Positions 11,311 to 22,265 of a stretch of 64,000 nt of DNA are shown in pieces (positions within the stretch are counted from its first letter, which is position 1; every line of letters begins with the position of its first letter). The DNA is taken from positions 186,001 through 250,000 of the forward strand of contig NIVC01000164.1 of the NCBI GenBank assembly GCA_002269645.1, read 5' to 3'. The notes under the pieces are model-generated. The model had not been told where the DNA came from. It did not search any database and was given only the letters and a program-made list of their open reading frames with translations. The stretch comes from Macrostomum lignano (taxonomy: Eukaryota). The position numbers were made by a program, and so were the translations under genes.

Positions 11311-14300
11311 TGAGGCCAGAAGCTACACATGTACGACGTAGTTTATTTAAAATTTTGTATTCCATTCTTTGTTGGCTCCGCAACTGGGGGGGGGGGCTGA
11401 TTGCTAGAAAGAAACTAACAATAGTTACTATATACAAGGTCAAAGGCTACATGTAGTTAATAAAAATTGTCCCCATTTATTGTAGTCTCCACATCAGGGA
11501 GCACAGATTGCTAGCCCACTATACTGAAAATGGACTTAAATTTCACTACATGTATACTACTAAAAACTACTACAAACTAAGATTTAGATAGGCCTCTTAA
11601 TTTGCATACTTTTTTTAGGTTAGCGTGCGTAATATTAACAAAAAAACAAATTCCATTTAAAAAGCGAGACTTTAAAGACAGTTCTTCTATTCCAGATGAA
11701 TTTAAATCTAGAAGTCCCTGGCCCAGAGAACAATCTACGGTTTTTTGTGGCGGGGTCAGGCAAGACTAGACAGAGTTCTGAAATGAGTCTGACTGAGCAA
11801 AATGAGCTTGAGGACAGGCAGGCCAGCACAGAGGCACACTAAACACAGATAAAATGAACTGAAAAAACCCTCGCCTTTGTTAACCCATCGCATATATTCA
11901 TTTTGTAGCAAAAGTGGGCGTGAGCGGCCGTATGTTTAAGCCATTACTAGGCAGAATCCATAGATGGAATATTATTATATGCTATATAGTACGAGGCGTA
12001 TATACGACTATATATATATAAGTGGAACTGCACGACTTCAAAATACTTCGTCAACGTTGTGAGATGACTCACAATGAGCTTGAAAGTAGAAACTCCGTAT
12101 TTGCTAGTTTATTTCGTTTTTAGAAAATCAAACTTTCAAAAAAACTAACCAAACCTCTTAAAAGAATTCATTTATTCACGCATCTTTGAAAGCTTTCTTA
12201 TTCGCGCCAATTCAAATGGAAACAAAATAACAGATCAAATTGACGTTCGATTAGGGAAGCCGGCCAATATAGGAGGATAACATGTGACTGATTGATTTGT
12301 GAATTTTGAAGCTGGCGAATATAGACAATTACATAGGATCGAATCAATAAGTTAAATGGAAAAGCAAAATTTACGAATAAAAACTTTGTCTGGGCAGGTG
12401 TTGCCTCACAAGGCTATATAAGTAAGGGGGCAAATGTGAACACTTGTAAAGCACATCTAACTCCAAAACACCGATTACTCGCAATTATTACGTAATATAT
12501 TATTCTTTTCGAAATGAAACAAGCGCAAGCATCGACATTCCAATTAAAGAATCTAGACAAAGCAGCTGATAACAGTGACTGCACGTGCAATTGTAAGACA
12601 ATAATTTATTGAGTTCCAGCTGAATTCAGTAGGACCAGGAGGGAAACGCCTTTTAGATGACAAGAATCGAGGAGAAAGTGAGGGAAGATGTCGATGGTGA
12701 GATAAAAAGAGGATAACAGAGAAGGGGAGCAGAGAGTTGGTAAGAGGGCAAGTGAGGAAGGAGGTTCTGGGGGTGAGGGTGATAGAGAGTTAATGGCAAA
12801 ATAAGCAAAACAAAATGAGATGTCCCACAATCATAAAAACAATTAATGGAAAACTTACCTCCATTCAATATCACTAAAGAGGTTGAATAAAATTATGGTT
12901 CAACAGATGAAGACTGAATCACAAACTTCAAGCAGTTTGCAGGGAACTCATACATATTCGAAACTTTATGAAAAAAAACCTGTGCTTAAGCAGCGCGTGT
13001 TTCTGTAAACTCGGAAACAAAAAAACACACTTAGATGGAGTGCATAAGAGTGCAACTATGATTGACTGTGAATTTGCGTACAACCTAACAAGACACACTA
13101 CTGCAGCCACATACTGTGCTAGATTATAAAACAAAACAACTGATAAATTATAAAACGTGCATTTTGCGATAAAATAGGTTTTAGTATTCTGAAATAAGGG
13201 CGTTATTAACTCGATAGATTAAACTCTTTCACACTAAATTCATAAACAAGAATGATTATAACCCAGAAAACAGGCGATGTTGTAAATGCACAAACCATTA
13301 GAAACAGTTTTTTAATTAGCTTGCCTAAGATTATTGACGCGACTTAAAGGATTTGAAGAATTAAACATGGACTCAAAAGGAACATCAACTTGTAAGGGAA
13401 ATTCAATATCAAGAGAAATTTAACTTGGATTCTGAGGGGAGATTGACTTGAAATTAAAATGGAGTTCAAACAAACAAAGATCATTTATTAGAAGAACATT
13501 CATAGCAAAATACAAGAGATATAGTACTCGCATTAATGATAATTTAATCTGCAATTTTGGCAACATTACAGAACAGAAGTACAAAGCAAATTATTAATAA
13601 CAGCAAAACAGATATTGAACAACAAACAGAAGTATACTATGGTTATTGGCAAGGCACTACTAGCACACACAACGCTGCAATGAAGTCTGTTTAATTTGTT
13701 TTTTTTACTCCTATTAATACCAGAACATTTATGAGCAAACAATATATACTTTTTGAAACGAAAAATCAGCTCTCACTATAACAACTACTCAACATATCGT
13801 CAGTCAAGCAATTTGCATGTACAAACCGTAAAATAAGAAGTCTTAAAAATTAAGTTTGTTGGTAAAGTAGACTGTGTTTGTTGTGTTTTTATTGCTATTT
13901 TTTGCATTTTTGCTCGATTTTTATTTGGATTAGACGCCAATGCCTTATTAACAGTAGAACTACCAAGATAGAGGGACACCCCCCCTGACATTTTTGCTGC
14001 GCCTGAACGGAGCAAAGCAGGCACACGGGCTAAATTTTTGTTGCGTACCTTCTCAAACAAGAATCAATTTGTTAGCATCCGGACTGTCGAGATATTCGAC
14101 GATTTTGCCAGAAGTTCGGACTTTTTTAATAAGCTCTAGTGTATTCAGTACACCCCTGTGCGCCAATCAGCACTGCGCCTCAGTGCAGCCTTGTTGCCAA
14201 GACTCCAAATTTCATCAGAACGCCGACCGAATTTGTCTGCATCGGCTCTGATTTGGTTGGTTACTGGCTTTCACCTAGGCGGAGCTTCTGGACCTTCAAC

Positions 14301-14568
14301 AGCTGGCACCAGATGACTATGGACACTCTGATGCAAATTTGTCGAGTTTCGCTGATCAAGCCTCAACAGTGGGCAAGCCTTAACTGCTGGACATCTTCAG
14401 CTGGTCTCTCAAGCATTCATTAATCACCCCGACGCCGTCGGCACCTTTAATTTTTTTTTAATTCCCCCCACCCCACTTGGTAGCTCGATGGGCGAAAAAA
14501 TGGCTTGGTTTTCCTACTGGAAATTGTGTAGCATTACAAGCGGGTCAAATAATTAATTAATGTAAAAT

Positions 14569-15185
14569 CTATTCGTTCGAATTAGATTCAGTTTCAATTA
14601 AAGCGCTTCCGCGATCAATTAGTTGTAGGCTGCGGTTCAGTCTGGCGCGAACTTTGTCAAGATCAATATCGGCTGCGGAGGAGGCAGCATTGAAAATCTC
14701 GTTCGAATCGTCATGGTGATTGACATCGACTGTAGAATTCGCTGTTGCAGAAACTGACGCGGGAGCGGCGGCAACAGCAGCAAATGTGGCATTAGTTTTA
14801 CGCGAACTATTCGATCCAGATGATTGCTGTTCAATTGTAGCATTACTACTACTAACAGTAGCACTGGAATTAGCAGAGAATTGTTCCGGATAAGATATCA
14901 ATTCAACGCGTTTAGCGTGATTCAGTCGGACAAAGGTGATATCGTGTAGGCCTGCCCGGCCACTAGAAGCTGGATATTTCACTATCACAATGTTATAGAG
15001 CGGGTCGTGAACAGCACTTCCGCTCGGGGTATTCGACGATCGCAAGATGTTACTAGATCGATTATGGAGCCAATTGGATAGTAGACAAACTCATTGTTAG
15101 GCGTGGTACTGTCGCTGGCCGAGTAGCGCTGCTGCTGATTGTGAGGATGATGCAGACTTTGCTCTTGTACAAGATCGGCTGGCAT
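14569..15185 (-). CDS. LSM12: LSM12-like protein (LSM domain), with apparent 1-bp frameshift at ~15010
   Basis: YPIGSIIDLVTSC..RAEVL (frame 1) joins HDPLYNIVIVKYPASSGRAGLHDITFVRLNHAKRVELI (frame 2), matching the LSM12 pattern GEV..FD....LKCPSSSG...DI..INL...V.II. C-terminal anticodon-binding domain not found. Confidence 0.7.
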
Positions 15186-15449
15186 AACGATTAATTGACT
15201 GGATGCTTATTATGGGTTTGCAATATCTGATTTCCTCCGATCCGAAGGGTTTTTTTGTTATTAATTGAATGACCATGAACAAAATAAGTAAAAAAATTTA
15301 CGTTACAACTAAAGACCAAGAAGTTATTCTTAGTTTAGTATTTCTTAAGTCTTAAAATAAAATGGATTAAAGCACATTTAATAGATCAGAGGCGACTCTT
15401 AAATGTTCACTATACATTTTAGGCCTTAAAACCTAAAAAAGGTTAAATT

Positions 15450-16035
15450 GGAGACGATTCTCAAGGTGGATTAGAGACGATTCTCATGGTAGCTTAGAGA
15501 CGATTCTCAAGGTGGATTAGAGACGATTCTCATGGTAGCTTAGAGACGATTCTCAAGGTGGATTAGAGACGATTCTCAGGGTAGCTTAGAGACGATTCTC
15601 AGGGTAGCTTAGAGACGATTCTCAGGGTAGCTTGGAGACGATTCTCAGGGTAGCTTGGAGACGATTCTCAAGGTGGATTAGAGACGATTCTCATGGTAGC
15701 TTAGAGACGATTCTCAAGGTGGATTAGAGACGATTCTCAGGGTAGCTTAGAGACGATTCTCAGGGTAGCTTGGAGACGATTCTCAGGGTAGCTTGGAGAC
15801 GATTCTCAAGGTGGATTAGAGACGATTCTCAAGGCGGATTAGAGACGATTCTCAGGGTAGCTTAGAGACGATTCTCAGGGTAGCTTGGAGACGATTCTCA
15901 GGGTAGCTTGGAGACGATTCTCAGGGTAGCTTAGAGACGATTCTCAAGGTGGATTAGAGACGATTCTCAGGGTGGATTAGAGACGATTCTCAAGGTGGAT
16001 TAGAGACGATTCTCAGGATAGATTAGAGATAGACT
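15450..16035 (+). repeat. 23-bp minisatellite
   Basis: agagacgattctcagggtagctt / ...caaggtggatt variants. Confidence 0.9.
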
Positions 16036-16279
16036 CTCAAAGAAGCGATGAGTTAAGCAGTTTTACACTGTTCATAAAAATAAATTATTCAAACATAGAA
16101 AATCAGAATCTACAACTCGGGTCATTGTCATTTGAAGCAGTTTATTAACATAATCAGATACTCTGAAGCAGAAAATGCTCACTAACAGAAACTACACGCA
16201 ATAAAATATGCAACATTGTTACGAAGCAACATTTGAGCCAATTTAGGGATACCGTTTTAAAACATGGTATAGGATTATG

Positions 16280-16690
16280 ATATAGGATGAAGGATCGTGA
16301 TATGGGATAGGATATTATTATATGGGATCGTGGATCATGATATGAGATAGGGGATCATTATATGGGATCGGGGATCATTATATGGGATCGTGGTCGTGGA
16401 TCATGATATGAGATAGGGGATCATTATATGGGATCGGGGATCATTATATGGGATCGTGGATCATGATATGGGATAGGGGATCATGATCTGGGAAAGGGGA
16501 TCATGATAAGGGATAGATGATCATGATATTGGGGATAAGGATCATTATGGGATCGGGGATCATAATATGGGATAAGGGATCGTGATAGATAAGTGGTCGT
16601 GAATCATGATATTGGGGATATGGATCATTATATGGGATCGTGGATCATAATATGGGATAGGCCAGGTATCACGATCTGGGATCTGAAATT
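16280..16690 (+). repeat. Degenerate gatcat-based tandem repeat
   Basis: Recurrent ggatcattatatgg / gggatcatgat units. Confidence 0.7.
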
Positions 16691-16774
16691 TAAGATCACG
16701 ACCCGTGATTATGGTAAGCCCACAGTATTAAAACATTCGATTACGCAGTCAAGTCGCACTAAAACAGAACAAAG

Positions 16775-17120
16775 CTACCAAGAAATATTTTTCTTCATCA
16801 AAGAAGACACAGGATAGATTTCGTAGGCAAATTTCTCATTTAATGTAGCATCATAGAATGCGGCCACGTAGTCCAGTTCAAGCGAGAACGGCCCCGGTAT
16901 TCCATCGCATAAAGTGATGCTCAGGTGGGAATAGGCGCTTAGGTCATCGAGAATTGGTCGATCTTGAACCCGGCCTTTGTAGGTGCGAATCAGTTTAGAC
17001 ACGGGTATCTTGGCAACTGTCCAGTAGGGTCCGCCTCTAGTGTACAGAGGGAACGAGTAGATGTCAAATAGGGTGTAGTCTAACTTGCCTAGCGGACTAC
17101 GATGGAGATTGAGTCGGTAC
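16775..17120 (-). CDS. NDUFAF1: Complex I assembly factor NDUFAF1/CIA30, exon 2
   Basis: ctccag| acceptor; YSFPLYTRGGPYWTVAKIP...GPFSLELDYVAAF...EKFAYE, the CIA30 C-terminal signature; stop TAG at 16775. Confidence 0.92.
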
Positions 17121-17339
17121 CTGGAGTGGGTGAGGTAAGGGTTAACGATTAGTAACCATGTTTTTTCTGAAACTCAGATCAGCCAATCCATAGCATTTAA
17201 TATGGAAATCAAATGGAGTGTCGCCTGCATAATTTCACCATTATTTCAATCATTGCAGCAAACCCAGCCTGCGCTTCAGAAATCCCATTCAAGACGTGCA
17301 AAACAACCTTCTCTCTGTAGCGTAGCATCTGGCGGCAAA

Positions 17340-18570
17340 ACTGTAGCAGGCGCCCTCTCTGTAGCTGGCGCTCCCCTGTTCCGCCTCTTGTATCTGGCGC
17401 CCTCTCTGTAGCTGGTGCTCTCTCTGTAGCTAGCGCCCTCTCTGTAGCTGGCGCCCTCTCTGTAGCTGGTGCCCCCTGTTCCGCCTCTTGTATCTGGCGC
17501 CCTCTCTGTAGCTGGTGCTCTTTCTGTAGCTAGCGCCCTCTCTGTAGCTGGTGCTCTTTCTGTAGCTAGCGCCCTCTCTGTAGCTGGCGCCCTCTCTGTA
17601 GCTGGTGCTCTCTCTGTAGCTGGCGCCCTCTCTGTAGCTGGTGCCCTCTCTGTAGCTGGCGCCCTCTCTGTAGCTGGCGCCCTCTTTGTAGCTGGCGCCC
17701 CCTGTTCCGCCTCTTGTATCTGGCGTCCTGTCTGTAGCTGGCGCCCTCTCTGTAGCTGGTGCTCTCTCTGTAGCTGGCGCCGTCTCTGTAGCTGGCGCCC
17801 CCTGTTCCGCCTCTTGTATCTGGCGTCCTCTCTGTAGCTGGTGCTCTCTCTGTAGCTGGCGTCCCCTTTTAGCTCCCGCCTCTTTGTTGTTGGCGCCCTT
17901 TCTGTAGCTGGCACCCCCTGTTTAGCTCCCGCCTCTTGTATCTGGCGCCCTCTCTGTAGCTGGGACACTGTAGCTGGGGCCCTCTGTAGCTGGCTGGCGC
18001 CCACTCTGTAGCTGGTGCTCTCTCTGTAGCTGGCGCCCCCTTTTAGCTCCCGCCTCTTGTATCTGGCGCCCTCTCTGTAGCTGGTGCCCTCTCTGTAGCT
18101 GGGACACTCTGTAGCTGGGGCCCTCTCTCTCTGTAGCTGGCTAGCGCCTACTCTGTAGCTGGCGCCCCTCTGTAGCTGGCGCTCCCTATGTAGCTGGCGC
18201 CTCCTAAGTAGCTGGCACCCTCTCTGTAGCTGGCGCCCCCTGTTGAGCTCCCGCCTCTTGTATCTGGCGCCCTCTCTGTAGCTGGCGCTCCCTATGCAGC
18301 TGGCGCCCCTCTGTAGCTGGCACCCCCTCTGTAGCTGGTGCCCTCTCTGTAGCTGGCGCCCCCTGTTCCGCCTCTTGTATCTGGCGCCTTCTCTGTAGCT
18401 GGCGCCTGTTTTGTAGTTGGCGCCCCCTCTTAGCTTCCGCTTCTGCAGTTGGTGCCCTCTCTGTAGCTTGTGTACTCTCTGTAACTGGCGCCCCTATTTT
18501 GCTCTCGCCTGTGTATCTGGTGCCCCTCTGTAGCTGGCGCTCTCTCTTTGTAGCTGACGCCCTATATGAC
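17340..18570 (-). repeat. Minisatellite in NDUFAF1 intron; reverse complement of the 1853-2885 family
   Basis: ggcgccctctctgtagct units plus the shared variant cccgcctcttgtatct. Confidence 0.92.
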
Positions 18571-18918
18571 GCTTTTTAAGCATTCGCTGGTAACAAGCTT
18601 ATCAGAATAATTATTAAATGTAAGACAGACAGTAGGCCTGTAAGCTGCACATGGGTAGTTTATACGAAACAAACCGCAGTACAAACAGACGGATCAATGT
18701 CTGTCTACTATTGTGAACAATATTAATGTACCTCTTTTTAGTAGGAGCAGCAGTTCAATGCAGTTTATAAAAATTTGCCACTCTGTTGCAAAGAGGACTT
18801 AGAAGCAGAAATTTTGCCATGCAATGCAATGCACCCTGTTTTTTCTAAGCTAGATACCGGTTCCTTGAAGATCAGCGATTTATCGATTCAAAACAAGAAG
18901 AACAATGCAAGTACTCGC

Positions 18919-19616
18919 CTCCGCCCATCGCCTCGATACCGGATCACAATGCAATTCAAAGGCTGCAGATTGATACCCCTAGCTCGACCTTTAATCATGA
19001 GAGCGTAGGGCGAGCGCAAGTTGACGTAACCGGCTCTGACTAGCTGGCCAGTCTGCGGCACACGGGTGTCAATGACGCCGCGAAACAGTCCGGTACACCT
19101 GACAATTGGTTGATCCTGATCGATGCCACAGTCTCCAGCTTTATTTTTGACATCAGTCAGCCAACTAGACGGGATAAATTCCCCAGTAGAATAGCCTTCG
19201 CCATAGTGAGAGTCGGCCGTGACAATCCATTTGTGGTGGCCGCCGTCGCGCGACAAATAGCCAATATAATAATAATCGCCATGGCGAACGTCTACAGACT
19301 TGAATGAGACTCGATCGTACAAGTGATAATTGCGAAGTTCAGCATAGGACTCTGGCAGCTCTAGCCAAGCTCGCTTATAGATTCTCAACCAATCGCGCAT
19401 TGACAGACTCTCTTTAAAGGGCGCGGCATAGCCGCCGCGTTCGTTGACTTCGCCAAATAGAATTGGCGTGTGCTGATCAGCGCGCACCTTTTTACGACTA
19501 AATAAATTGCGACGGCAATAATTTAATGGTAGCTTACTTAATCGTGGTATACTACTACTACTACTACTACAAGTGCTAGTAAGTAGTAGGCGAGGAAATG
19601 AAACTAGATGCGACAT
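18919..19616 (-). CDS. NDUFAF1: NDUFAF1/CIA30, exon 1
   Basis: Presequence-like N-terminus; KWIVTADS, AGYVNLRS, IRYRGDGR motifs; phase-2 GC donor AG|gcgagt. Confidence 0.9.
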
Positions 19617-20537
19617 ATTAAGCTGACATTGACAATCTGAAATTATTCCAATATAAATTTAAGTTGATGTACCAGGTATACTTAGTAACAAATATATATA
19701 TAGGTCTTAATAGCCTAAACTCAAAAAATGACCAACGTTGACACTTGACCCACCATACATTTTTTACTGTAAAAATGTGAGCCTAACAGTAGGCCTGTTA
19801 ATTGCAGCAACAGATAAGCAAATCAAACAGACAGATCAGTGATAGGCATTTTCTATTCCTCATTTTAGTAGGAGTAGATAGATTATTGGTAAGAATATAC
19901 TACTATGTTGCAATGAGGACTAGGAGGTCAACTAGTATCAAATATATAATATTGAATAGCCTTACATTTATTGGTATAATATTCTTGTATATACATAAAA
20001 TAAACTTAAATAATTGAATAAACATTACATAATGTAATATTAATATGCCTATAACTATATTTATACTCAAATACTAATATATCTTTTGTTATGCTGTATG
20101 GAATAGTGGGCCTATATAACTCTTAGTTGGCATACTATACTTTGCTTACTTATTTTGCTTACTTGCTTAGAAAATTGCTAAGGCCTATGGGCATTATTAT
20201 CACTTCACTTCTATAACCAGTAGAGACAACCAAGATGTGGCCATGTGATATTATGTAATGGATTTCTCCTTGCTCCACCTGCTGGGACTTGATGCTTAAA
20301 TCATAAAACCATATAATCTAAGTGCTAGAATGTTTTCACCCCCTAAATGTGCTAAGCTATTTAATGTATTTGTGTCTATAAGTGCAACATGCTAATTCTC
20401 TGACCAACCAACCACCTCAGTGGCAGATTAGATCTACGAGGGGTGCGGGTATAGAGATGGTCACTTTATCCCTCAAGACTAAAGTGGCTAGCCACTTATA
20501 TACTTATGAAGTGAGTAAGATATATACTCAACCTTGA

Positions 20538-22265
20538 TGGGGGATCATTGCAAACCCGACTGGGATCATTGCAAACCTAACTGGGAAAATTGGAAACATG
20601 ACTAGGGATCATATTGCAAACTTGACTAGGATCATTTCAAACCTGATTGGGGGATAATTGCAAACCTGACTAGGATCATTGAAAACATGACTGGAGATCA
20701 TTTCAAACCTTATTAGGGATTATTGCAAACTTGACTAGGGGATAATTGGAAACCTGACCAGGGGGGGGGGATAATTGCAAACCTGACTGGGATCATTTTA
20801 AACCTGACTAAGGGATCATTGCAAACCTGACTAGGATCATTAGAAACATGACTGGCATCATTTTAAACCTTGCTGGGGGATCATTGCAAATCCGACTGGG
20901 ATCATCGCAAACCTGACTAGGATCATTGGAAATATGGCTACAGATCATTGCAAACTTGACTAGGATCATTTCAAACCTGGCTAAGGGATCATTGCAAACC
21001 TGACTGGGAGATCATTGCAAACCTGGCTGGGGGATCATTACAAACCTGACTGGGGGATCATTACAAACCTAACTAGGGGATCATTGCAAACCTGACTAGG
21101 ATCATTGCAAACTTGACTGAGGGATCATTGCAAACCTGACTAAGATCATTGCAAACTTGACTAGGGACCATAGTCAGGAAGGTGGCCTCTGAGGAAGAAA
21201 ATTCCCACGCACACAAAGGGTCTCGGTGCACATTGGCACACAAGCGCGGCGCACACAAAGGGTCTCAGCGCACATTGGCACACAAGCGCGGCGCACACAA
21301 AGGGTCTCAGCGCACATTGGCGCACCCACACTCTGGATCATGTAGTATATGCCCGAAAATTCGGGCGTGCATTGGCCTTGCACGCCAAAATTAGGTGTGC
21401 ACAGTTAGCGTGCATCACTCCTGAGAAAAAAGTATGCATGCACACCTGGCACGCACTTTATAGAATCACGCGTAAGAGTTATTGTAAAGTAGAAAAAAGA
21501 TGAAAAAAGTCCATTTTTAGGCGCAAATTTCAAGCTTTCCGGTTTTTTCCAGCTTGTAAAAGAGTATTTAAACAAATCTTTGCGTGTATAAACTTTGCAC
21601 TGTAAATAGTATCGCCGAAAAAGCTTTAAAAGCAACAAAATTATCTAATAATAAGGGTCTCCTACGCAATTTAAAAAAGGTCTTTTATTGTCACAACGTA
21701 AAAAAGGTCATTTATTGTCGCAACACCAGCGGATTTTTGAGAATGGGCATGCACTAATTTTTTTTCGGCGTGCAGTTGTAATTATTCAATTTTTTAATAA
21801 CGGCGCACAGACGGCGCACAGATGGCACACAGATGGCGCACAGACGGCGCACAGATTGTCCTTCTAAAATTTATTCCGGCGCACACTCTGCCACCTTCCT
21901 GACTATGGACTAGGGAATCATTGCAAACCTAACTGGGGGATCATTGCAAACTTGTCTGGGATCATTTTAAACTTGACTGAGAGATCATTGCAAACCTGAC
22001 TGGGATCATCATTGGAAACATGACTAGGCCTAAGGATCATTTCAAACCTAATTAGGAGATGATTGCAAATATGACTAGGCCTAGGATCATTGCAAACCTG
22101 ATTAGGATTATTGAAAACCTGACTGGGGATCATTTCAAACTTGATTGGGATATCATTGCAAACCTGACTGGGATCATTAATTGCAAACCTGACTAGAACC
22201 ATTCCAAACCTGACTGGGATCACTGCAAGCCTGACTGGGGATTATTGCAAACTTGATTGGGAGAT
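20538..22265 (+). repeat. ~21-bp minisatellite (gggatcattgcaaacctgact) split by a MITE
   Basis: Array on both sides of 21168-21908. Confidence 0.85.
21168..21908. mobile_element. 741-bp non-autonomous DNA transposon (MITE; 8-bp TSD, hAT/P-like)
   Basis: Perfect 19-bp TIR CCATAGTCAGGAAGGTGGC; TSD ACTAGGGA at 21160-21167 and 21909-21916; subterminal gcgcaca repeats; no ORF. Confidence 0.9.

Noticed and set aside
10560-14450. Moderately GC-rich patches (10620-10800, 11630-11830, 14050-14450) as upstream Mx or downstream LSM12 exons
   Set aside because: Could not build a phase-consistent open model by hand; they may be UTR or exons of an unrecognised gene.
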